From: a bacterium
Lineage (GTDB): Bacteria > Hinthialibacterota > Hinthialibacteria > Hinthialibacterales > Hinthialibacteraceae
DNA: 17,235 bases
Assembly: GCA_041946805.1 (NCBI GenBank)
Contig: JBHGBC010000130.1
Span: 1 to 17,235 of the forward strand
Reading direction: 5' to 3'
Shown here: piece after piece, positions 1 to 7,658 of the stretch
How positions within the stretch are numbered: position 1 is the first letter of the stretch
Layout of the letters: the number at the start of each line of letters is the position of its first letter
Made by a program: the position numbers and the translations under genes
Notes under the pieces: generated by a model
The model's database searches: none
The model's input: only the letters and a program-made list of their open reading frames with translations
What the model was told of the DNA's origin: nothing

Positions 1-55
1 ATATAATTTATTTATGTATAATCCCAAAGGATTTTGAATTTTTCCCGAAAAGGCA

Positions 56-84
56 TTGACAAATAGTTATCATTGATGTATTGT
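56..84 (+). promoter_or_regulatory. sigma70-type promoter of the cluster
   Basis: Perfect -35 TTGACA (56-61), 17-bp spacer, -10 TATTGT (79-84, 4/6 match to TATAAT), AT-rich upstream DNA, 38 bp before the first ATG. Confidence 0.7.
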
Positions 85-122
85 TACCTCTGCAATAGAT
101 TCACAACAAGATAAACGAAAGG

Positions 123-329
123 ATGAAAACCTTGGCCGAACAGATAGGTGATACCGAAACTAGCCGTCAAATTATTGTGCGGATAAAAATCCCCACTCAC
201 CGGGCGTTGCGGATTAGGGTGGCGGAAGAGGATACTTCGATCCAAAAATGGGTGGAGGAATTGATCGAGCGGGAACTGGGAATCGCGGCGGAGAAAGAAG
301 GCTCTATTGCCACGAAAAAAGCCAGATAA
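123..329 (+). CDS. Small ribbon-helix-helix-like DNA-binding protein (68 aa), probable autoregulator
   Basis: Alternating beta-strand QIIVRIK followed by two amphipathic helices ([27 protein letters not shown]), as in Arc/CopG-type RHH proteins. First gene after the promoter; stop is 2 bp before the next ATG. Confidence 0.65.
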   Translation: MKTLAEQIGDTETSRQIIVRIKIPTHRALRIRVAEEDTSIQKWVEELIERELGIAAEKEGSIATKKAR

Positions 330-331
330 AA

Positions 332-1069
332 ATGAGTGCCATTCAAAATGCGAGTCCCAAACCCCAATGGTTGATTGAGAATCCCAAGGACGGGACCCTG
401 CTGGTCCTGATCCCGGACGGAGATTTTTTGGCGGGTGATAAGAAATTTCCGGTTAATTTGCCGGCGTATTACCTGGCGGTGCATCCGGTGACCAACACGC
501 AGTACAAGCGGTTTGTGGAGGCGACGGGGCATCATCCTCCAAACCGGCCGGGTTATGTAACGCCGGTATGGAAGGGGAAAGATTTTCCGATAGAGAAGGC
601 GGATCATCCGGTGGTGTGCGTGAGTTGGAAGGATGCCAAGGCCTATTGCCAATGGGCGGGCATGCGGTTGCCGACGGAGTTGGAGTGGGAGAAGGGGGCG
701 CGGGGGGCGGACGGCCGGGAGTATCCGTGGGGGGACGGATGGGATCCGCATAAATGTAGAAATTCAGTGGGGCAACAAGCAAATGGGACTTGTGACATAT
801 GGTCGTATGCGGAGGGGAGCAGTCCCTGGGGATTGTATCAGATGGCGGGGAACGTGTGGGAGTGGTGTGAAGACTGGTATGACAGCCAGGCTTATGCAAG
901 ATATAAACGAGGGGATTTGTCCTTGCCGAAAAGTGGCCAGCATCGTGTGGTTCGCGGTGGCTCGTGGTACCGCTACTTCGTCAATTACTTCGGGTGCGCC
1001 TTCCGCAACAACTACGACCCGTCGGTTCGGGACCTCAACTTCGGTTTCCGTTGTGCCAGGACTTGTTAG
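332..1069 (+). CDS. FGE-sulfatase/CLec-fold protein 1 (245 aa), DGR target
   Basis: Motifs [53 protein letters not shown] and GFRCAR. Start set at ATG 332 rather than 248, which would overlap the RHH gene. Confidence 0.92.
   Translation: MSAIQNASPKPQWLIENPKDGTLLVLIPDGDFLAGDKKFPVNLPAYYLAVHPVTNTQYKRFVEATGHHPPNRPGYVTPVWKGKDFPIEKADHPVVCVSWKDAKAYCQWAGMRLPTELEWEKGARGADGREYPWGDGWDPHKCRNSVGQQANGTCDIWSYAEGSSPWGLYQMAGNVWEWCEDWYDSQAYARYKRGDLSLPKSGQHRVVRGGSWYRYFVNYFGCAFRNNYDPSVRDLNFGFRCARTC
944..1069 (+). repeat. DGR variable region VR1, with conserved 3' IMH-like end at 1043-1069
   Basis: 126-bp gap-free alignment with VR2-VR5; 15 of 16 variable codons end in C; ends GGTTTCCGTTGTGCCAGGACTTGTTAG. Confidence 0.85.
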
Positions 1070-1120
1070 TTTTTATCCTTTTACGCTTTTACCCTTTAGC
1101 GAGCGCAGCGAGCTCGCGCG
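1070..1120 (+). repeat. Post-VR cis element: three 8-bp T-rich units plus GC hairpin
   Basis: TTTTATCC TTTTACGC TTTTACCC (1071-1094), then GCGAGC-GCAGCGA-GCTCGC (1099-1117). Related copies follow VR2, VR4 and VR5. Confidence 0.8.
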
Positions 1121-1149
1121 CAATTTTAGAAAATGAGAGATGGTTTATC

Positions 1150-2232
1150 ATGAAACGTTACAGCCAGTTATGCGAATCGATTAGTTCGTTCGAGAATTTG
1201 TGGGCGGCCGCGTACCGGGCCAGACGCGGGAAGCGCTATCGTCCGGACGTTCTCGCGTTTCATCACGATCTGGAAAATCAGTTATTCACGCTGCGTGAAA
1301 AATTGCTCCATGAAACGTATCAACCCGGTCCGTATCGGACTTTTCCTATCCGGGATCCAAAACCCCGCTTGATCAGCGTGGCCAGTTATCGCGACCGTGT
1401 GGTTCACCACGCGATCTGCCAGATCATCGAACCGCTTTATGACCGGAGTTTCATTGACGATAGTTATGCCAACCGGCTGGGCCGGGGAACCCATAAAGCC
1501 GTGGCTCGGTGCACTTATTTTGCGCGGCGATACCCGTATGTTTTGAAATGCGATATCCAAAAATATTTCCCCTCCATCGATCACGAAATCCTCAAAATCC
1601 TCATCGCTCAAAAAATCAAATGCCCCCGAACCCTGCGATTGGCCGGCAAGATTATTGACAACTCCAATCCCCAAGAAGAAGTTGTGCAATATCTCCCGGG
1701 AGATGATTTGTTCACTTCGTTGGAACGCCGTAAAGGTATCCCGATCGGGAACCTGACCAGTCAATTCTTCGGGAATGTGTATTTGAATGGAATGGATCAC
1801 TATATAAAAGAGGCTTTGCATTGCGGTGCTTCTCTGCGTTTCGCGGACGACTTTCTCGTGTTCAAGGATGAGAAAGGGCGGTTGCACGCCATTCTTCGAT
1901 CCCTGCAAAATTATCTCAATCGCTTGCGCCTGAAATTGCATCCGCACAAATGCCAAGTGTCACCCACAGTCCATGGTGTGGAATTTTTGGGGTGGATCAT
2001 TTATCCCGATCACCGGAGGGTGCGGCGTTCCACCGGGCTTCGATTTCAGCGCCAATTACGCAAGCTTCAGCAGGCTTATGTCAAAGGATGGATTGATTTG
2101 AATTCCGTGAAAGCCTCGATAATGAGTTGGATTGGTCATTTGCAACACGGAGATACCCACGGTTTGCGGCGGAAATTATTAGAGTCAGCGGTTTTTTCGA
2201 GGAGTGCAGAATGTTGCACGACGGGAGAATGA
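1150..2232 (+). CDS. DGR-type reverse transcriptase (360 aa)
   Basis: MKRY start, YRDRVVHHA, LKCDIQKYFPSIDH, GIPIGNLTSQ (DGR-type SQ motif), RFADDF, GVEFLGW and SWIGHLQHGDT. Compact, with no group II intron maturase or endonuclease extension. Confidence 0.92.
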   Translation: MKRYSQLCESISSFENLWAAAYRARRGKRYRPDVLAFHHDLENQLFTLREKLLHETYQPGPYRTFPIRDPKPRLISVASYRDRVVHHAICQIIEPLYDRSFIDDSYANRLGRGTHKAVARCTYFARRYPYVLKCDIQKYFPSIDHEILKILIAQKIKCPRTLRLAGKIIDNSNPQEEVVQYLPGDDLFTSLERRKGIPIGNLTSQFFGNVYLNGMDHYIKEALHCGASLRFADDFLVFKDEKGRLHAILRSLQNYLNRLRLKLHPHKCQVSPTVHGVEFLGWIIYPDHRRVRRSTGLRFQRQLRKLQQAYVKGWIDLNSVKASIMSWIGHLQHGDTHGLRRKLLESAVFSRSAECCTTGE

Positions 2233-3485
2233 TGATGGACAAGATAAGTCTGGAAAAATATGGGAAGCGTTTGAGGAGCCGAATTCCGGTATGGGGCTTA
2301 ATGCGGCGCCGGGGCGCCATCCAAAAACTGGCGGAAGATTCCTCGAGCGAGGCGGTCCCCCTGTTGGTATCGGCATTGGATTCAACCGACCATACCGTGA
2401 GGGAAACGGCGGACCGGGCATTGCATTCACTGGAGGACCCGAAAGCGATTGACGCGCTGTGCGAAGAGGCCATTCGGAATCCTTCGGGCCGGGCGGCCGC
2501 GATTTGCCGGGAAACCAACAAGCGGCCGTCTGATCACGAACGGGCTTGCTTGTTCCTGTTTGTCACCCGGCAACTCGACGCCTATTTTGATGAGGATTTC
2601 GAGTTCCAAAACCTGCGGTTGCAATATGACCGGGAGGATGCGGTGGTCCAAGGGCATCTCATGGACATCGTGCGTTCCGGGGACCGTCGATGTTTGGGAT
2701 TTTTTGGCGCCCGCAAGTCTCTCTCCGAATGCACGGAGAGTGAAATCCAATTGGCCATCGATTCGGCGTTGCGGCATCAGGACTGGCCGCGTTTGTTTCG
2801 CGCGTTTTTGGAACTGCCTGTAAAGTACGGATATCCGTTGTTGGATCCATTCCGTGATTCCGGCTGGGAGCCGTCCGATCCGGAGTTGAAAAGCGTTTAC
2901 AAACATGTGCTGGAAGACAGCCGGGATCAATCATTCCCTGTAGAAAGAAAAATCAAGACCATCAGTCCCGTTTTCGAACGCTGGCTGATCCAAGGAAGGG
3001 AAAACACTTTTAAGGATCTTTCCGAAACGGAACTGCTCAACCGCTTGGAATCTTGCACACCACCGGAAGGGGTGTCGATTGTGGCCGCCCTGGCCGCCAA
3101 ATGCAAACCGGGAAGTGAAACCGCCCAGAAAATCCAACGGAATCCACACTGGTTGATTCGCCTGGCGGGCTACGCAACCGGTTTGTGTTTCGATCTGACC
3201 GTTGATGAAGTAAAAGACAGCAACTATTGGGTGAGGGAACTGGTAACCAGTAGCGCCGTACTCGAGTTGTGGCCAGGAAAAGCCACGCCGACCGATTTGG
3301 ATGCGTTAAAGGCCGCCCCACGGGAAGCCTGGTTGGGTAAATTCGGCGCGGTCCGGAAGGTTCTGCAAACCTTGATTGGATATCGCATCACCACAGGCGT
3401 GTATGAGGAAATGGCATTTGAAGCCGGTGAATTTGCCGGTGAATTCGACACCGCGATGGATTTTAACACGGACGATTCCAAATAA
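2229..3485 (+). CDS. N-terminal HEAT-repeat helical protein (about 418 aa) with acidic tail
   Basis: PBS-lyase/HEAT-like segment AIQKLAE..EAVPLLVSALDSTDHTVRETADRALHSL. ATGA overlap with the RT stop and GGGAG upstream; the start could also be 2232 or 2235. Confidence 0.7.
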   Translation: MMMDKISLEKYGKRLRSRIPVWGLMRRRGAIQKLAEDSSSEAVPLLVSALDSTDHTVRETADRALHSLEDPKAIDALCEEAIRNPSGRAAAICRETNKRPSDHERACLFLFVTRQLDAYFDEDFEFQNLRLQYDREDAVVQGHLMDIVRSGDRRCLGFFGARKSLSECTESEIQLAIDSALRHQDWPRLFRAFLELPVKYGYPLLDPFRDSGWEPSDPELKSVYKHVLEDSRDQSFPVERKIKTISPVFERWLIQGRENTFKDLSETELLNRLESCTPPEGVSIVAALAAKCKPGSETAQKIQRNPHWLIRLAGYATGLCFDLTVDEVKDSNYWVRELVTSSAVLELWPGKATPTDLDALKAAPREAWLGKFGAVRKVLQTLIGYRITTGVYEEMAFEAGEFAGEFDTAMDFNTDDSK

Positions 3486-3507
3486 CGTAGCGAAAAGAGA
3501 ACATGCC

Positions 3508-4044
3508 ATGAGTGTTAAAAGATACTTTGCACGGCTGGTTTCCGCATTGTTGGGGAGAGAGACATTGATAGCCGGCGTTGAGGGGAGCAATGCGTCAGTG
3601 CAGGCGCGAATTGCCCTCTTGGAGATGGACATCAAGGAAAGGGACAAGCGCATCACGGAGATGCAGAAAGAATACGCGAATCTCCAGGTTGCCCAGGAAA
3701 AAGCCACAGCCGGGGCCGGCCGGGAAGAGATCAAAAATTTATGCAAACGCCTGGTGGGAACATTATCCAATCTGGATGTGCTGGTCTCTCTCGAAAAGTC
3801 GGGCCGGGAAGTAGCCGTCAAGGATTTGATCGAACTGATCCTGAGCCTGGAAAAAGAACTCGGCCGGATTGGACTGGAAAAGATCGGAACCGTGGGGATG
3901 GAAACCGGTTTTGATCCAGTTTTTTATCAGCGAATGAGTGGGGGCAGTGTTCGGGCAGGGATCCCGGTGGTTGTGCGCATTCCAGGGTACCGGATGGGCG
4001 AGAAAATATTGCTCAAAGCGATGGTCACCGCCCAGGAGGCCTAG
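3508..4044 (+). CDS. GrpE-like nucleotide exchange factor (178 aa)
   Basis: Long N-terminal coiled coil, then a GrpE-like head GLEKIG..G..FDP..YQ..VVVRIPGYRMGEKILLKAMV; directly upstream of the Hsp70. Confidence 0.75.
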   Translation: MSVKRYFARLVSALLGRETLIAGVEGSNASVQARIALLEMDIKERDKRITEMQKEYANLQVAQEKATAGAGREEIKNLCKRLVGTLSNLDVLVSLEKSGREVAVKDLIELILSLEKELGRIGLEKIGTVGMETGFDPVFYQRMSGGSVRAGIPVVVRIPGYRMGEKILLKAMVTAQEA

Positions 4045-4045
4045 G

Positions 4046-5677
4046 ATGAGCCAGGTATCGGTCGACTTTGGGACAAGCAATACCGTTTTAGCCCGGTTTA
4101 ACGAGACCACGCAACGGGTAGAAACCCTGGATATCCCCGGTATCGCCAGTGAAATGCGCTATCGCTTGACGCAAGATGGACCGGAACAATTCGTTCATGT
4201 TATTCCTTCCCTCATTCATTATTCCGAAACGGAAACCTTGATCGGCAACCAGGTTTTATCGCGTGGCTTGGCCGAACATCCGGACACGTTCCGATGGATG
4301 AAACGCGCGATCGCCCGTCGCATTACCAAATGCAAGAAGACGGCTCAAGGCCATATCGATCCCCTGCAGGCCGGGGAAGATTTTTTGAAGGCGTTGTTGA
4401 ATTATGCCAGCGACCGGATTTCCTTCACCAACGATGATTTTACCTTCACCGCGCCGGTGGAGGCGTTCGAGGATTTTCAAGATTGGCTTTGGAAAGTCAT
4501 CGAAGGATTGGGAATCCGGAGGTTTCGTATGTTGGATGAGCCCACATCGTGCGTGTTTGGCTATCATGGAGCCGCCCGGAAAGACGAACGATTCGTGATG
4601 TTCGATTTCGGCGGAGGCACGTTGGACGTGTCGACGATCCGGATTGAAATGAGTTCAACCGACACGAAAAAGGCCGTTCAGCTAGGCCAGGCCGGCCAGG
4701 ATCTGGGGGGAATGGATATCGATCAATGGCTGGCGGAAGATTTTAGCACTCGGCATAAGTTGGACGACCGGGAAAAGCGGGATTTGGAAGCCATCATTCT
4801 CCGGCAGGCCGAGGCGGTCAAGATTGCATTATCGGACCCGCTGGAGGCAGAAGCCGGATTTCAGATTATTAGCCAGGCTGGATCCGCGCCGAGATTGCTT
4901 CGTACTACGTTTACACGCAGTTGTGCGCAGTGCGAACGCGGTCAGGTGGGCAATCACTCTGCCCCGGGAGAAGCGTGCATGGGCTGTATCTTGCTTCAAA
5001 AGGATTTCGTGAAACAGGTGCGGGATACGATTGACCGGGCGCTGGAGAACGCGGCGGTGAAAGTGGGGATGCGAAAAAATGAGATCACAAAAGTACTGGT
5101 CACCGGGGGAACCAGTTTAGTCCTTTGCGTTCAAGACATCTTGAAGAATTGCTTTGATTGCCACATTGAATATGACCATCCATTCGATACGGTGGTGCGC
5201 GGGGCGTGCCGGGGAATCGTGGAACCGGTTCTTCAGCATGACTACGCCATTGAAAGTTATAACAGCTCCCGGAAAGAGTATGAATTCAAGCCCTTATTCA
5301 AGATCGGCACTGAATTCCCCACGCGAAAAGATGCCGTCAGGTTTTGGGCCAAGGGCAGTTACGATGGCATGACCCGGATCGGATTGAAAATCTATGAAGT
5401 GTCCCGCATGAAGCGGAGGGATCTCGCGGTGGCCATCGTGGGGGAGGATGGCCGATTGCGGGGAGACAGCCGGGTAACCAGCGAGTATGAGTACATTTGT
5501 TTGAATGAAGACAATCCCACGTTTATCCTGGCCGATCCCCCAGTGAATCTGGCGCGGGATCAACAACGTTTCCTCTGTTCGTTCGGAATCGACGGCAATC
5601 GCCGGTTGCTGGTAACCGTGCTCGATACCCTACGCAGAAAACCCTTGCTCAAAGAGCATCCCGTTGTCCGACTGTAA
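4046..5677 (+). CDS. Atypical Hsp70-family ATPase (543 aa), not a housekeeping DnaK
   Basis: VDFGTSNT, LDEPTS, FDFGGGTLDVS, LGGMDID, AEAVKIALS and VLVTGGTS; AGGAGG RBS at 4034-4039. Short divergent C-terminal beta region with no helical lid. Confidence 0.9.
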   Translation: MSQVSVDFGTSNTVLARFNETTQRVETLDIPGIASEMRYRLTQDGPEQFVHVIPSLIHYSETETLIGNQVLSRGLAEHPDTFRWMKRAIARRITKCKKTAQGHIDPLQAGEDFLKALLNYASDRISFTNDDFTFTAPVEAFEDFQDWLWKVIEGLGIRRFRMLDEPTSCVFGYHGAARKDERFVMFDFGGGTLDVSTIRIEMSSTDTKKAVQLGQAGQDLGGMDIDQWLAEDFSTRHKLDDREKRDLEAIILRQAEAVKIALSDPLEAEAGFQIISQAGSAPRLLRTTFTRSCAQCERGQVGNHSAPGEACMGCILLQKDFVKQVRDTIDRALENAAVKVGMRKNEITKVLVTGGTSLVLCVQDILKNCFDCHIEYDHPFDTVVRGACRGIVEPVLQHDYAIESYNSSRKEYEFKPLFKIGTEFPTRKDAVRFWAKGSYDGMTRIGLKIYEVSRMKRRDLAVAIVGEDGRLRGDSRVTSEYEYICLNEDNPTFILADPPVNLARDQQRFLCSFGIDGNRRLLVTVLDTLRRKPLLKEHPVVRL

Positions 5678-5706
5678 CGGGAAGGGGAGAAAGAAGAATA
5701 CTCATC

Positions 5707-7242
5707 ATGAATCTCAAGGAAGAATTACTCGCGTTGTTCGGGGCGAATGTTCCCATGATGAACCTGATCACTTACGAAGAAGACCGGGTGATTCGCTGCA
5801 TCCAGGAATTGCCGGGCAATTTCGGGATTTATACGTGGGATATGGCGGATGGCTTCAAGTGCATCCGGGAAGGAAAGGAACCCTTTCCTAAAAAGGATGT
5901 AACGACGGATACCCTCCTGCCGCATATCGCCGAAAAAGCCCCGACGGGGTACGTTTTTGTTTTCAAGGATTTCCATCATTCCTGGACGCAAAAAAAGGGG
6001 TACATCACCCGCAAATTACGCAACATGGCCCCCGAGTTGCGCAAACGCAACCAATTTCTGGTTTTTCTTACGCCCGCGGCCGAGCTTCCGCTGGAACTCA
6101 AAGACGATGTAGTCGTTTTGCATGTGCCCTTGCCGGACAGCCATGAAATGGAGCAATTGTATGATGATGTGACGCGCAATTTGGATCGAGGAAGATTACC
6201 GCATCGTGACTTGCGGGGAAAACTAGTTTCCTCGGCGCTGGGATTGACCACGAATCAAGCCCGATTGGCCTTTTCGCGGGTTTGGGCGCGGTATCAGAAG
6301 TTTGATGAACGCGGTATTGATTTGGTCACCTGGGCCAAGCGGGAGGTGATCCGCGAGAGTGGCGCGTTGGAATTCTGGCCGGCGGAGGAGGGGGAAACGA
6401 GTGTCGGGGGATTGGATTTGATGAAAGCGTGGCTTAAGAAGCGTGGCATCGCTTTCGATGAGGAAGCGAGAAAAGCAGGGCTGCCCTTTCCCAGCGGAGT
6501 GGCGTTGATCGGCATTCCCGGCACCGGCAAAAGTTTATCGGCCAAGATGCTGTCCGGCTTGTGGAAGATGCCGTTGTTACGGCTGGATATAGGAGCGGTA
6601 TTCGAATCGTTGTTAGGCGAATCCGAAAAACACATGCGCCGGGCCATCATGCTGGCGGAGACGGTCAGTCCTTGTATTTTGTGGATCGATGAGATGGAAA
6701 AAGCCTTTGCGGGATCGGGCACAGGTGCTTTGAACAGTGGAGCCGCCACGCGGGTCTTCGGCGGTTTTTTGACCTGGATGCAGGAACATAAAAGCCCGGT
6801 GTTCGTATTTGCCACGGCCAACGATATCAACGCCTTGCCGCCGGAACTCATGAACCGGTTCGAGCGGACCTTTTTCCTCGATCTGCCCAACGCCCTGGAA
6901 CGGGAAGAGATCTTTATCATCCACTTGAAACGGGCCGGAGAAATCAATCCCAAACACCGTTTCCGGATGAACGAATTGGTCGAACGCAGCCGCAGCCTGG
7001 TAGGCCGGGAGATTGAACGCGCCGTGCGGGAAGCCCAATTCACCGCTTTCGCCGATGGCAACCGCGAGATCACGCAAACGGATTTGGAGGATTCTCTTCG
7101 GGAGATTGTCCCCATTAGTCAATCTCACGCGGAAATCATTGAAGGTTTGCGAAAGTGGAAGACCGAGGGCCGCGCATTCCCCGCTTCCAGCGAGGAAAAG
7201 CGATCGGATCTGACGCGCGGACGACAAATCGAGATTGAATAA
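5707..7242 (+). CDS. Ycf46-like AAA+ ATPase 1 (511 aa)
   Basis: N-terminal TYEEDR and degenerate first domain (FVFKDFH); Walker A GIPGTGKS; Walker B LWIDEMEK; FATAND. Confidence 0.88.
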   Translation: MNLKEELLALFGANVPMMNLITYEEDRVIRCIQELPGNFGIYTWDMADGFKCIREGKEPFPKKDVTTDTLLPHIAEKAPTGYVFVFKDFHHSWTQKKGYITRKLRNMAPELRKRNQFLVFLTPAAELPLELKDDVVVLHVPLPDSHEMEQLYDDVTRNLDRGRLPHRDLRGKLVSSALGLTTNQARLAFSRVWARYQKFDERGIDLVTWAKREVIRESGALEFWPAEEGETSVGGLDLMKAWLKKRGIAFDEEARKAGLPFPSGVALIGIPGTGKSLSAKMLSGLWKMPLLRLDIGAVFESLLGESEKHMRRAIMLAETVSPCILWIDEMEKAFAGSGTGALNSGAATRVFGGFLTWMQEHKSPVFVFATANDINALPPELMNRFERTFFLDLPNALEREEIFIIHLKRAGEINPKHRFRMNELVERSRSLVGREIERAVREAQFTAFADGNREITQTDLEDSLREIVPISQSHAEIIEGLRKWKTEGRAFPASSEEKRSDLTRGRQIEIE

Positions 7243-7261
7243 GCGAAAAGGAGCGAGACCC

Positions 7262-7654
7262 ATGTCTCATTTTGTGCGCATTAAAACTCAAATTCGCGAG
7301 CGGGAGATTCTGGTTCAATCCTTGCGGGATTTGTATTACCGGTTTCAGGAAGGACAGAACCTGGTCATCCGCGGATATCAGCAAAATCGTGAACAGGCTG
7401 AAATCCTAGTAAATACCGGTTCACAATATGACATTGGCTTTCGCCGGACGGCCCAGGAATACGAAATCGTGGCCGATTGGTGGGGTGTGCAAGGCAATAC
7501 AGCCATTCGGCAAGAGGAATTTGTCCAACAAGTGAACCGTCAGTATTCCTACAATCTGATTCACAACCAAGCGCGAGAACAAAACCTGATAGTCGAGGAA
7601 GAAAAGACGTTGGAAAACGGGGATGTTGTTTTGATCTTGTCGGAGCGCGGATAG
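7262..7654 (+). CDS. DUF1257/Ycf35-like protein (130 aa)
   Basis: Characteristic MSHF.RIKTQI start, [13 protein letters not shown] and [22 protein letters not shown] upstream; usual neighbour of Ycf46-like ATPases. Confidence 0.82.
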   Translation: MSHFVRIKTQIREREILVQSLRDLYYRFQEGQNLVIRGYQQNREQAEILVNTGSQYDIGFRRTAQEYEIVADWWGVQGNTAIRQEEFVQQVNRQYSYNLIHNQAREQNLIVEEEKTLENGDVVLILSERG

Positions 7655-7658
7655 ATCA

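Larger units (their letters stand above)
332..2232 (+). mobile_element. Diversity-generating retroelement core (target + VR + IMH/hairpin + RT); TR and avd not seen; four more targets dispersed downstream
   Basis: DGR-class RT 80 bp downstream of a CLec gene with an NNC-biased C-terminal variable region. Confidence 0.8.

Noticed and set aside
944..1069. VR1 as the template repeat (it sits in the usual TR position just before the RT)
   Set aside because: It has non-A bases at many positions where other copies differ (e.g. TAC vs AAC, CGC vs GAC), it is the in-frame end of an intact gene, and it carries the same downstream element as VR4 and VR5.
1100..1112. Cloning-vector contamination (13-mer resembling ColE1-type plasmid sequence)
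   Set aside because: The match is very short and occurs as diverged variants after several VRs, so it is native to the locus.
1071..1117. Post-VR element as a + strand intrinsic terminator or a CRISPR repeat
   Set aside because: The T-tracts precede rather than follow the stem, and the copies are kilobases apart with no repeat-spacer periodicity. A minus-strand terminator is also unsupported because the tract would read as A-rich.
964..1149. N-terminal extension of the RT from the ORF track (similarly ORFs starting at 8267, 12107 and 14985)
   Set aside because: Alternative-frame read-through of the GC-rich CLec/VR sequence; the MKRY start at 1150 is typical for these RTs.
1150..2232. Group II intron, retron or CRISPR-associated RT
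   Set aside because: The GNLTSQ motif, compact size, lack of maturase/endonuclease domains, absence of cas genes or recognisable intron ends, and adjacent NNC-biased CLec VRs all point to a DGR RT.
3508..5677. Housekeeping grpE-dnaK heat-shock operon
   Set aside because: Divergent lidless Hsp70 with a Cys insert, no dnaJ or hrcA, and no CIRCE element seen; gene symbols withheld.
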